In this document: positions 43,202 to 53,312 of the stretch, in pieces
Layout: the number at the start of each line of letters is the position of its first letter
Position numbering within the stretch: position 1 is the first letter of the stretch
IMG/VR virus record: IMGVR_UViG_3300045988_110202
Coordinates: 1 to 64,000 of that record
DNA length: 64,000 bases
Reading direction: 5' to 3' (one strand)
Origin: a virus
Translations under genes and position numbers: made by a program
The notes under the pieces: generated by a model
What the model saw: the letters and a program-made list of their open reading frames with translations, nothing else
The model's database searches: none
What the model was told of the DNA's origin: nothing

Positions 43202-43261
43202 AATTATTTACAATTATTTACAAAATCTATTTGATAAAATTATAGTATTTCAAATAGATTT
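43202..43261. repeat. ori-like element: tandem AATTATTTAC iterons (43202-43221) plus a perfect 12-bp inverted repeat AAATCTATTTGA/TCAAATAGATTT (43223-43234 and 43250-43261)
   Basis: sits exactly at the C-depleted to G-depleted switch. Confidence 0.45.
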
Positions 43262-43289
43262 TTACAATTTTAACAATGTAATTTTTATA

Positions 43290-45250
43290 CCACCAGATCA
43301 AAAAGCGGGGGGTAGGTTTACATTTACAAAATTGGAAACTATTGCCATTTTAGACAGACGTGTTCAATCACCGTGTCAACAAAATTTTTTCGACCTTGCA
43401 ACAAAATCCCAACTTTCCCAAGCAATTTCCTACACTTTCCTAGATAAACACTTTCTGCTAATCGAAAACATGTCTTCGGAGGCGTCGTCGAGCGAATTGT
43501 TTATTTTACTACTCTTTTTTCGACGCTCTCAGAACCCCTTCTTTCAAAAATCGCACTTTTCCAAAAAATCAGCCCCATTTTCCCCTTTATTTTCCCCAAT
43601 TCTCTCGACGACACGTTTTTGTTTTGCACCATTTCATGCAGGTTTTACCCTCAAAAACCTAAGCAATTTCTTATATTTTTCACATCAAATTTTACACAGT
43701 TTTACACAATTTCTCGAAACATGATTTTTAGCATTTCTCGAAGCACGATTTTGACCATCAGCACCCTCACAAATACCAGTAAATCCCTACACAAATTACC
43801 TCTCAACCTTTGCACAAAATTACTCCCAGAAAAATGCATAAATTCGATCAATCATGTCTAAAACTGATTTTATCTCTACAATCAATCGCACAAAATCATC
43901 GTCACTTTCTCTTTATAATCACTACATCTTTAACTATTTTGCCTACGAAATTGATGACACCACATATAGAAGGGTCACAACAAAGATATGCACAAAAATA
44001 TATGAATTGCACAAACTATATACAAACACTAAAGGAAATAACAACTACCTCTTCTCTCTTATCCCAAATAAACAAGCAATTTATTGCGCAGTTTAGGAGA
44101 GACAGGATAAGCGTCAGCGTTCCTTCTCGACATTGCTACCGCAGGTAATATCACTTACACGCTTCCATTTCTCAGACAATCATGTTATACTTCCATTGAG
44201 GGATTAGGCAACCCTCGGCATCTATGCCAAAAACAGACACAAATAGATGATATTAAGGTATTCAAGTTGGTACCCCAGATAATGTATCTGCAAATGCATT
44301 ATCAGAATTTATGTTCAGGGAAATTTCTCTGGGCATATTTTTTTTACAATTAACAATCTCTCATTGCAACAAAGTATCTTATATGATATAATCGTGTATA
44401 TGGCATTGAACAAGACATTCAATGTATTCCATGTATCAATAAAAACAATCCCTCGCAAGGCAAAACATTTTAATAAGATGGAATCCCTTGAACTATCAAC
44501 CAGATTTGTGACAGATAGTGAACACAAGAAATCTATCAATCAGATATTTAACCTTGTAAGCAGGGATTATTTTTATGCAAAAATTTATCTTTCATTCAGT
44601 CCTATAAAAAATCGCACTCTACAAATCATAAATCCATTTTACCTGTCTACCTTAACAACTCTCCATAACATACCACAAAATCCATATTTGACGGATATAC
44701 TCTTCTAAACATTGAGAATCACATATAATCAACACCAACCATTATGTCAGATAATCAGCACATATCATCTTGCTACAGATTCCAAAATTAGACATTTGCC
44801 ACAACCTTTCTTAGATCCACGGTAAAAATATCTCTTCATTATACCCTTTAAAAAATGTACTCTGAGAGAGCAAATTTCAATTCTACTATCTTACCCTAAC
44901 AAGTTATCGCCAGAACATATAAAATGGAAATTAGCATCTGATTTCTCGTCTAAACATTGCAAAAGTACCCTAAGTAATTTCACACATAACCTGGCTCTCG
45001 CACACTTATATCACATAGGGGGTACACTTTACATTGAAAAGACCATTATCTGCGCCAGTATATATTGTACGTGAAAAAGTACAAGGATATTTCCTATGAA
45101 AAAATGCACTTGAGAGATCATAAATCAATTTAACACCTCTCCTCTACCAACAATACAAATTTACATATAGAATGGAAATTCACAACGAAAAGCTCTTCTA
45201 AATGTACAGAATCCAGTATAAAGAAAATTACATTCTACCAAGATAAAAAT
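43290..45250. other. non-coding block of about 2 kb strongly depleted of G on the plus strand (C+A+T rich)
   Basis: e.g. 43381-43440 has 3 G and 19 C; the ORFs here are composition artifacts. Confidence 0.6.
44367..44395 (+). promoter_or_regulatory. sigma-70 promoter (TTGCAA - 17 nt - TATAAT) preceded by nested hairpins and a T8 run (44272-44330)
   Basis: -35 and -10 hexamers with 17-nt spacing; upstream inverted repeat GATAATG..CATTATC then T8. Confidence 0.4.
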
Positions 45251-45311
45251 ATGACTAACTTCCCTCATTGCACCCGTTGACAAGGTGCAAAAAGTATGTT
45301 AAAATACCAAT

Positions 45312-45719
45312 ATGCTTAAAAAGAAAATGAAGAAAGAAAGGATATGTACCGTGAAGAATGCAAATGATTTTACATATAATCGCAATGAAGAGACAAAATT
45401 CTCTTTCAATTTGCCATCAGATATGATATTCCAGATAATCAATCATGGTAATCTGTGTAAAGATTCTTCCAGAGAATATATGTTGGCAAATACCAGAAAA
45501 GAAATTACAATGAAGATTCATGATTACTGGAAAGATCATTCTGAGATATTATATCCAAGATCTTCAAGATCATATATGTGGTTGTACTACAATGAGATAG
45601 CAAGAAAAAGATTACGGACATTGCAGGAAGAAAATATAAAACAATTATCATATATGATCTACATGATGAACAAAACAAAGAAAGGAGAAATGAGCGTCAG
45701 CGAACAGAGGAAATGGTGA
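45312..45719 (+). CDS. hypothetical basic protein
   Basis: 135-aa ORF; first plus-strand gene of the right arm. Confidence 0.4.
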   Translation: MLKKKMKKERICTVKNANDFTYNRNEETKFSFNLPSDMIFQIINHGNLCKDSSREYMLANTRKEITMKIHDYWKDHSEILYPRSSRSYMWLYYNEIARKRLRTLQEENIKQLSYMIYMMNKTKKGEMSVSEQRKW

Positions 45720-45733
45720 AACCGTTTCCTAGG

Positions 45734-45816
45734 CTTTACGTATTACCGATTTTTGTTTTTATGAATAGTGAACGTAGTGAACTATGAATAAAAATGAAAA
45801 TCGGTAATACGTAAAG
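45734..45816. repeat. perfect 20-bp inverted repeat (CTTTACGTATTACCGATTTT / AAAATCGGTAATACGTAAAG) with a 43-nt loop containing a mirror repeat (ATGAATA-GTGAAC | GTGAAC-TATGAATA)
   Basis: arms at 45734-45753 and 45797-45816. Confidence 0.6.
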
Positions 45817-45997
45817 GTTTAATCTTTATCAATCTCCTCTTAAATGTTTACTCTTATATTATTAGGCTGTTTTTCTCACATTTTCATAGCGTAGATTGAT
45901 ACATTTATCCCACATTATATGTGTGTATATTTTTAACACTTTCACAAATAATGTGAATTGTAAGAAACTGTAAATAGTGTTACAAAGGAGTATAAAA

Positions 45998-46849
45998 ATG
46001 AAAATTACAATACCTACAAAACGACCTTATTTTAAAAGGATTCCCAAAGATCTAATATACGATTTTATCAGATTTAACGATTATCGAGTGTTATTTTATT
46101 TGCTTTTACAGCAACATATAATGACAAATTCATGGGAAGATAACAGTGTGATATTTATGGATTATAGCAGAGCCTTATCACATATTAATATTTGCCCAGA
46201 CAGGCATAAAAACGCAAACTTGGAACACTTTCGGCATTTCGTTGAAGAATTAATTCAATCAAACGATCTTATATTAGATGAAAACACAACGATAAAACAA
46301 CCAACTTTGTATGTAAATAAAGAATCTGATTTCTTTTATCCACACGAACAGTTTGCGATACTGTATGATTTTGAGATTAATTATATCTTAAATCAGAGTA
46401 AAGATATGTTACCAAATGGTGTGCAGCGTTGGAAACTGCTGTTGGTGCTGGCTTACTTAAGGCTGAATATAAATATCAGATATGGAACTTCATATAATAC
46501 AAAACAGAATCGGCAAGAATATCCCGAAACTTATCATCAATACTTTAGAAATATTGCTGATGATTTAAATCTGCATAAAACAGCAATCTCAAAATGCATT
46601 GATGCGTTAACCGAAATGGGAATTATCGCTTACAAACATACGAAAATTTTTACAAATTATAATAAAACAATCGCAGGAAGAACTATTTTTGCGAACCAGT
46701 ACAAATATGATTTACAACAAAAAGGATATTTGGATAGCTCTTACAATTTTAAAAAAGAGATCAAAGAATGTGAAATGAAACTACAAGGGAATAGTAGTAA
46801 AGATTTATCTGTAAACACAGAAGATGATATGGAACTTCCATTTGATTAA
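45998..46849 (+). CDS. hypothetical protein with a C-terminal winged-HTH-like segment (possible replication initiator/DnaD-like)
   Basis: RBS AAAGGAG (45984-45990) fits the ATG at 45998 (the track started at TTG 45977); 'DLNLHKTAISKCIDALTEMGIIAY'. Confidence 0.3.
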   Translation: MKITIPTKRPYFKRIPKDLIYDFIRFNDYRVLFYLLLQQHIMTNSWEDNSVIFMDYSRALSHINICPDRHKNANLEHFRHFVEELIQSNDLILDENTTIKQPTLYVNKESDFFYPHEQFAILYDFEINYILNQSKDMLPNGVQRWKLLLVLAYLRLNINIRYGTSYNTKQNRQEYPETYHQYFRNIADDLNLHKTAISKCIDALTEMGIIAYKHTKIFTNYNKTIAGRTIFANQYKYDLQQKGYLDSSYNFKKEIKECEMKLQGNSSKDLSVNTEDDMELPFD

Positions 46850-46944
46850 TCACTTTGTTGGCAGCATTGTGAGTAATCAAGTAAACACAAATTAAAAATT
46901 AACTAAACAATAATATACATAACGAAAGGATCTAACAAATTTTC

Positions 46945-47382
46945 ATGACAACACAATTAAATACAGAACTCAAAGACTTATTGGCTACTTCTGACCGTAT
47001 CTCATTTGAGAACATGACGCAAGAACAGTTTGCAGTAAAACTAGCAGCACAGAGACTACGCACTACTCCTTCTTCAAAGAAAAGATTAAAAAGAAATGAT
47101 GGTATTCGAGCAAGAGATAGTACAACAGATGCCGTGGTCTATAAGCCAACGCATGACCAGTATTATCGAATTTTCATCAACGATATCTTGAGTAACATTC
47201 GATCAGGTGGCACTGATTATTGTTTCAAATGGTATCAGGTGAAAGAATTGCTGCGGTTTCACAAGCACACGCTGATATGCAAAATGGTCAAAGAAAACAA
47301 GAGTGCCCGCGGCATTTATTTCAAGGTATCTCTTCCCAACGATTGGCGAAAGATTGAGAAAAATATTTTACCAGAACAGTAA
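46945..47382 (+). CDS. hypothetical protein
   Basis: 145-aa ORF. Confidence 0.45.
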   Translation: MTTQLNTELKDLLATSDRISFENMTQEQFAVKLAAQRLRTTPSSKKRLKRNDGIRARDSTTDAVVYKPTHDQYYRIFINDILSNIRSGGTDYCFKWYQVKELLRFHKHTLICKMVKENKSARGIYFKVSLPNDWRKIEKNILPEQ

Positions 47383-47458
47383 GCAAGAATTATTGAAATA
47401 CATAATAAACACAAATTAATAATTAAACTAAACAAATACATAAATAAGGAGACTTTTA

Positions 47459-47887
47459 ATGAAATCCAGAAAATTTAATAAAGAAAAATACGCAGAACAG
47501 AAGGCAATGAAGAAAAAGAATCGTCCACAACGCAGTTATAAAAGCCTTGGGACAACCATTGAGATTCCGATCAATCACAGAAAGCATAAAATTTTGGCTA
47601 CTGCCCGACATAATGACGAAAATGGTAAAGAGGACGAAACTTTTACTGTAACGCTTTCAATTGCCAAAGAGACAGGAGATTTCCCAATCTGGCATCAGTT
47701 TGAAGATGATTTACAGATCACGGCAAAGAGATATTCTCTTAGAACAGCTCTGATGGCTAAGGTAGTTGAGCTTGAAACAGCTGGTGATCTTGATATACAT
47801 ATTGAATCTGCTGATGCTATCTATAAGCTTCTTGAATGTGCAGGCGATTACCTAAGTGGTAAGTCAAATACAGTGGAGGTGCAGTAG
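47459..47887 (+). CDS. hypothetical protein
   Basis: 142-aa ORF; RBS AAGGAG. Confidence 0.5.
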   Translation: MKSRKFNKEKYAEQKAMKKKNRPQRSYKSLGTTIEIPINHRKHKILATARHNDENGKEDETFTVTLSIAKETGDFPIWHQFEDDLQITAKRYSLRTALMAKVVELETAGDLDIHIESADAIYKLLECAGDYLSGKSNTVEVQ

Positions 47888-48095
47888 AATGATAGTTTTA
47901 TCTACGATTCTGATTGGCGGTGCCGTACTGTTTTGCGCAGGAATGTGTCGTTCTGCTGCTACCAGAGAAATGATTACAGAAGATATCTATTGTCAGATCA
48001 AGGCAGAAAGTTTACATAAAAACGCTTTCAGGAAACCAAGAACTGAAATGGAACGGATGACAGACATGATTTTTAAAGAAAGCGAGGATGATTAG
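47856..48095 (+). CDS. small membrane protein
   Basis: 79 aa; hydrophobic 'LSTILIGGAVLFCAGM'. Confidence 0.35.
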   Translation: MVSQIQWRCSRMIVLSTILIGGAVLFCAGMCRSAATREMITEDIYCQIKAESLHKNAFRKPRTEMERMTDMIFKESEDD

Positions 48096-49419
48096 TAGAA
48101 TGGCAAACACAGGATATGTACCAATTTTAACAGTGCATCAAAATCAAAATATCGAATTGGCAGATAAAGTAACCGATCAGATTGATGAGATGTTTCGAGA
48201 TGTTAATGTATTGATTACTCAGAATGAAGTAAATCAAGTAATAACATCTCTTAGTATGTTGATAAAAGTAAATGATACTTCATTCTACTTCCCAACAATT
48301 TTAAAGTTTCGAAATTATGATGACGATAATCCATTAAGAGATAAGATTAAATTATCTTCAAGAGATATTGAATATTTATCTCAGATTAAAGTTTTTTATG
48401 GCGAAGTTTTTGAAAGTTTACAAACATTAAAAAATCATAAATGTAAATTTATCAAGTGTACATTCGAATTTCCTTGTACTATACGAGTTTCTAATTTGAA
48501 TTTTACAGTATCATTAAAGACGTCTTTTTTTGATAAAAATAATGACTATATGTTAATCACATCTGACTTAATTGATGCAAGAATCATTCGTACAGATCGT
48601 GTGCGTATTACAAAACATATAGAATACACACTGCAACGCCTTGACGATATTGATCAAAGATATGGTGTTTGGAAATCATTATCAAAACTAAAAAAAGACA
48701 TAAGTAAAGATGAGAAATTGTTTGTTTCGGTAAAAAATATCGTTGAGACACTACGTGTATATGAAAATAAATTTAATTGCGAACCATATTCATTGCAACT
48801 TAGCATTGATGAATTTTCAACAAGAGGCGTGAATATTTCTTTTACATATAAAAAATTTATTATAAGTAAAATTCGTTTAGAAAATCATATTGTAGATATT
48901 GAAGAATTTAGGGATTCAATTTATGAGGCATGGGAAATTTTCAAAGATAGATTTTTATATCTAATGGAAAACAATATATATAGTGTTTTTGAAGAACTCG
49001 TGAATTATTTGAATAAATCGGCAAACAATTTGTGGACAGCAAATATTGTGGTCGAGCCATTTATGATTTATTTGCATGTTGAAGTAAAGCATAACGTGCT
49101 CCATGACTGTATTTACGATATCAAAACACAGAAACCATATTTGCCATGGTACGAAATTGATACGCAGATTCAGAATATAAGCAATGAAATGACTTTTCAT
49201 GCAGACATTCCTTTGATTTCTAGTGATTTGTTTAATCCAGATGGGTTATTGAAAATTACAAATACTTTTTTATATCAATGGAAACAACCTCTACCTAATA
49301 CCAATTGGAAGCAATACGTTGCCAATGAACTGTCAAATTGTATAATCGAAAAAATTAACACATCTGATGAGATGCCAATCCGATTCATCGAAAAGAATAC
49401 AAAGGAGAGTTATGAATGA
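48088..49419 (+). CDS. hypothetical protein (443 aa), translationally coupled to the RNAP-like gene
   Basis: stop TGA overlaps the ATG of 49416 (ATGA). Confidence 0.5.
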   Translation: MISRMANTGYVPILTVHQNQNIELADKVTDQIDEMFRDVNVLITQNEVNQVITSLSMLIKVNDTSFYFPTILKFRNYDDDNPLRDKIKLSSRDIEYLSQIKVFYGEVFESLQTLKNHKCKFIKCTFEFPCTIRVSNLNFTVSLKTSFFDKNNDYMLITSDLIDARIIRTDRVRITKHIEYTLQRLDDIDQRYGVWKSLSKLKKDISKDEKLFVSVKNIVETLRVYENKFNCEPYSLQLSIDEFSTRGVNISFTYKKFIISKIRLENHIVDIEEFRDSIYEAWEIFKDRFLYLMENNIYSVFEELVNYLNKSANNLWTANIVVEPFMIYLHVEVKHNVLHDCIYDIKTQKPYLPWYEIDTQIQNISNEMTFHADIPLISSDLFNPDGLLKITNTFLYQWKQPLPNTNWKQYVANELSNCIIEKINTSDEMPIRFIEKNTKESYE

Positions 49420-52301
49420 CAAAAAATATTAATACTAATCCATTGCAAATCCCAAGCATTGATGCAAAAGATTTGTATATTTCAAATCATCAAATTTCTG
49501 AGAACGAAGAGAGTGCGAAAGGGTACTCTCTTCTAAGAAAGACGGATCATGGATTTAAACCGAATTTGAAAAAATATATTAACACATATGACTTCAGCCT
49601 AGATTTAATTGAATTAAGAAACTATGTTGCCAGTAACGGGAAAAATTTTGGAATTGGTAAAAAGGTTTTTTCATTTTTCGATGAACATGACAATACCAAA
49701 GAATACAGTAATATGGTAATAAATGTTACATTTAACTATAGCGTAAAAGAATTTAACAGAATCAAAGTTGATACATATATGAAATTTGGATACGAATTAT
49801 CTAAAAATGAATTCAAAAATTGTATTTGTAAAGATACTTCAACTGGAGAAGTCATAGGTGTCAGGACAGATCGATGGATAGATAAAAGGCTCATGTGTAA
49901 TAATTTGCCTCCACAATTTTGTTATAAAGAAGAAGTTGATGAAGAAACTTCTGTTCATAAAATTATGTATATTTTAAAAACATCTACTAATAAAACCATT
50001 GTTGACGTAGCCACTTTAAGAAATATTTTATATAAAGAGGGATTTAAATGTGATGGTAGAAATTATGTAAGATTTAAAAGATCGTCAGGAAGTAGCCGTG
50101 TTGGCAAGTGTTTGTTTATTGAAAAGAATTTATCAAAACATATGCAAAAATGGGGACTGTGTGGACTTGAAGTAAAAGATGGAGAAGAAATTGATCTCGC
50201 AGCCCTTGAAGCATATATTGCTCTTCCAACAAGTAGTATCATTGATGTTATTGAAATCGATCCAAAATCAATTTTAATCATTGGTGATTATGAAAGTGTT
50301 TTTAATGATACTGTGATTGAGACAACGATTGGCAATGACGGTTGGCTTCATACAGATGAAAAAACTATTGAAATACATAACTCAATTTGGGATGGACAGA
50401 GTTTGATTGATAAATCTGTTATGGAGGAATATTCTAGTTACGGAATGCTTCTTTTAAGAAATAAATTTTTTAAATCATGTTGTTTCAATACAAATATTCA
50501 AAAATGGTTTCATGATAATAATATTACGGAAATTTCACAATTAAATGGTTTTACATTCGCAACCGATGTATCTGAAATTAAGATGATCACGACTCCAAAC
50601 AGCGTAAAATATCTGAAATTTGGATCAATGGAACAATGGCTAAACAATTTACCAAGTATGTTCGGAGTTGTAAAACATGAGAAAAAAACACATTTTTTTG
50701 ACGGACAAATGGTTCAGTGTCATTATCAGTTATTAAATACATTACAATTATCAAAAAATGACGTAGAAGAATTTTTACAGCCATCTTTTGATTATATGAA
50801 CAAACTTAACACCGATATTGATGTCTTTAAATATCATATTAAATGTCAGGCATTGAAAGATGAAAACCCAAAAAATATGAACGACATTATTTATACTATG
50901 TTAAATATATGCCCAGATTTCGAACGTACGGAAATATTTTTGAATTTCAAAAGATCGTTGATAAAGGCATACCGCAAAAATTTAAAAAAGGGACATGTAC
51001 TTGTCAATGGTAATTATTCTGTATTATTTGGAAATCCGATCGAAATGTTGAAATCTTCTATTGGTGAATTTAATCCAACTATTTCGACTTTAAACAAAGG
51101 AGAAATATATAATACTAGATTTTTAAACGATCAGGAATTGTTGTGTTGTAGAAGTCCACATGTCACAATTGGCAATATTCTTGTAGCAAAGAATACTCGT
51201 GTTAATGAAATTGATACCTATTTTAATCTAACTGATGAAATTGTTTGCTTAAATTCAATTAACGATAATATTTTAGAACGGTTAAGCGGATGCGATTTTG
51301 ATTCAGATCAAATGTTGATCACAGATGATCAGATTTTGTTGAATGCAGCCAAAAAAAATTATTCTGTATTCAAAGTTCCAACATCGAATGTTCATGCAAG
51401 AAAAGCTAAACGATATTTTACACCAGAAGATCAGGCAGACCTTGACATTCGTACAAGTAATAATTTGATTGGAGAAATTATTAATCTATCACAACAATTA
51501 AATAGTCAGCTGTGGGATAAAGCTAACAATAGTGAAAAAAGTATTCAAGAATTATATGATACTGACAATGTTTTTCGAAGACTGTATTTTGATATTTGCC
51601 AGTTGGATGTTATGTCTTGTATTGAAATTGATAAAGCAAAAAAAGAATTTGAAATTGATTCCAAAGCTGAGATTAAGCGTATTCAAAACAGGCACATTAA
51701 ATTAGATAAAGAAACTGGATTAAAACAACAAGCTCATTTTCTTGGAGTAATTTCTCAGATAAAAGGGTACGAAGACAAGAAAAATGTAGTATATAAATTA
51801 TGTAAAACCACTATGGATTACCTTGAGGAAACGATTGATGATTTTAGTCCAGCAAGACGTAAAAATAAAAAGATATTACTTTCAAGTTTATTCAAACCTA
51901 AAAATTTTAACAAAGAGTTAATTATAAAACCACAAATAACTTTAATTTTGAAACAACTTGATACATTGTATACGTCTTTGATTCAAATTATGAAGTTAGA
52001 TAATTATACTTATTCTTATAATGTAAAATGTAAAATGATTCAAAATAAGAAATTTGAAACATATGAATTGTTAAAAAAATATACAATTAATCAACATACT
52101 ATGTATCGATTACTAAAATATATAGACAACGATAAAATTACAGCAAAAAAATATTTATTTGAATTTTTGTTTTATTATTCAGATTTAATCAAAGAATATA
52201 AAAATAAACTTTGTGTGCGTAACGTAAATCTACGTGTTCAAAATGAAACTAATGAATATGATGTTTCCTTATATGGTATGAGATTTAAGAAAGAATTTTA
52301 G
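49416..52301 (+). CDS. putative non-canonical RNA polymerase (YonO-like, multisubunit-RNAP beta-prime DPBB catalytic motif)
   Basis: 961 aa; 'RSPHVTIGNILVA...ILERLSGCDFDSDQMLITDD' aligns with the universal beta-prime 'RHPSLHRLGIQAF...[21 protein letters not shown]'; RBS AAAGGAG. Confidence 0.55.
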   Translation: MTKNINTNPLQIPSIDAKDLYISNHQISENEESAKGYSLLRKTDHGFKPNLKKYINTYDFSLDLIELRNYVASNGKNFGIGKKVFSFFDEHDNTKEYSNMVINVTFNYSVKEFNRIKVDTYMKFGYELSKNEFKNCICKDTSTGEVIGVRTDRWIDKRLMCNNLPPQFCYKEEVDEETSVHKIMYILKTSTNKTIVDVATLRNILYKEGFKCDGRNYVRFKRSSGSSRVGKCLFIEKNLSKHMQKWGLCGLEVKDGEEIDLAALEAYIALPTSSIIDVIEIDPKSILIIGDYESVFNDTVIETTIGNDGWLHTDEKTIEIHNSIWDGQSLIDKSVMEEYSSYGMLLLRNKFFKSCCFNTNIQKWFHDNNITEISQLNGFTFATDVSEIKMITTPNSVKYLKFGSMEQWLNNLPSMFGVVKHEKKTHFFDGQMVQCHYQLLNTLQLSKNDVEEFLQPSFDYMNKLNTDIDVFKYHIKCQALKDENPKNMNDIIYTMLNICPDFERTEIFLNFKRSLIKAYRKNLKKGHVLVNGNYSVLFGNPIEMLKSSIGEFNPTISTLNKGEIYNTRFLNDQELLCCRSPHVTIGNILVAKNTRVNEIDTYFNLTDEIVCLNSINDNILERLSGCDFDSDQMLITDDQILLNAAKKNYSVFKVPTSNVHARKAKRYFTPEDQADLDIRTSNNLIGEIINLSQQLNSQLWDKANNSEKSIQELYDTDNVFRRLYFDICQLDVMSCIEIDKAKKEFEIDSKAEIKRIQNRHIKLDKETGLKQQAHFLGVISQIKGYEDKKNVVYKLCKTTMDYLEETIDDFSPARRKNKKILLSSLFKPKNFNKELIIKPQITLILKQLDTLYTSLIQIMKLDNYTYSYNVKCKMIQNKKFETYELLKKYTINQHTMYRLLKYIDNDKITAKKYLFEFLFYYSDLIKEYKNKLCVRNVNLRVQNETNEYDVSLYGMRFKKEF

Positions 52302-52614
52302 TAAAAAAACGCCAAAAATTATCCCCTTTTTATTTTCGGACACCGTCTAAACCCAGTGTTTATGCGGTGTCTAGGGTTTCTGCTAAATGGAACTATAGGA
52401 AGAAAGATTAATCAGAGCAGATAAACTCTCAAAATACCAATTTGCACTTCGTGTAAATGCTCACGCTGCTTGCAGCTAAAGAAATTTCACACCGTGAGTT
52501 CCGAGGTCTATGTCATCAAAAACAAAAAATCAGAGATGGTATCCGAGACTTGCAACTGTTCTATTAATATAGTAGACCTCCAGAGGAAACTGAAAAGCAA
52601 CCAAAGGAGAAATC

Positions 52615-53010
52615 ATGAAAAAGAAAATTTCAATTATCACATTAGTTATGGCAATGCTACTGGCAGTCGGAGGATTCACTACTTCTACTTCTACTGCTGT
52701 CTCTGCGAAAAATAAAAAAGTCAAATGTTTGGGAACATACAAGATTACTGCATATTGCGGTTGTCGGTCATGTTCTGGCGGTTGGGGAAACCGAACTGCT
52801 TCAGGTCGCAGAGCAAAACAAGGCAGAACCATTTCTGTTGATAGGAGAAAAATTAAATTAGGTACTAAAGTTAGAATTAATGGACACTGGTATATCGCCC
52901 AGGACGTTGGTGGCGGAGTAAAAGGAAAACACATTGACATGTACTTCTCTTCCCACTCACAGGTCAAGAGATTCGGCAAAAAGTACCGTAAAGTATATGT
53001 GGTAAAGTAA
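52615..53010 (+). CDS. secreted 3D-domain protein (YuiC/MltA-like lytic transglycosylase family)
   Basis: 131 aa; signal peptide; 'YKITAYCGCRSCSGGWGNRTASG..ISVD..LGTKVRINGHWYIAQDVGGGVKGKHIDMYF'. Confidence 0.65.
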   Translation: MKKKISIITLVMAMLLAVGGFTTSTSTAVSAKNKKVKCLGTYKITAYCGCRSCSGGWGNRTASGRRAKQGRTISVDRRKIKLGTKVRINGHWYIAQDVGGGVKGKHIDMYFSSHSQVKRFGKKYRKVYVVK

Positions 53011-53312
53011 CAAAAAGCTAATTTTATCACACGTAAGAAATATCGCCTATAGGGCATCAATGAAGATATTTTGGTGAGCATGGGACGCCATGCAAAACAC
53101 AGAGGTATAAAGCTCGTATGTTTGGAGCTTGCGTATAGACATTTACCATAGAATTTACAGGAGCAATATAACTCTGATTTCAAATGTGTTGGACGCCTTT
53201 TAGTGCATACGCAAATTATTTGTCGGTAACTTATGTACACATCAAGTAGTGTACACCGACTAATGGATATTTTCTCGGATAATTACCGAGCCTCCATTTA
53301 TTATTCTGGCAG

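Noticed and set aside
43332-44148. ORFs 43332..43724, 43619..43861, 43810..44148, 43854..44096 and 44364..44708 in the G-depleted block
   Set aside because: Extreme G depletion suppresses TAG/TGA stop codons, so long ORFs arise by chance. They overlap each other in several frames, lack RBSs and encode low-complexity proteins.
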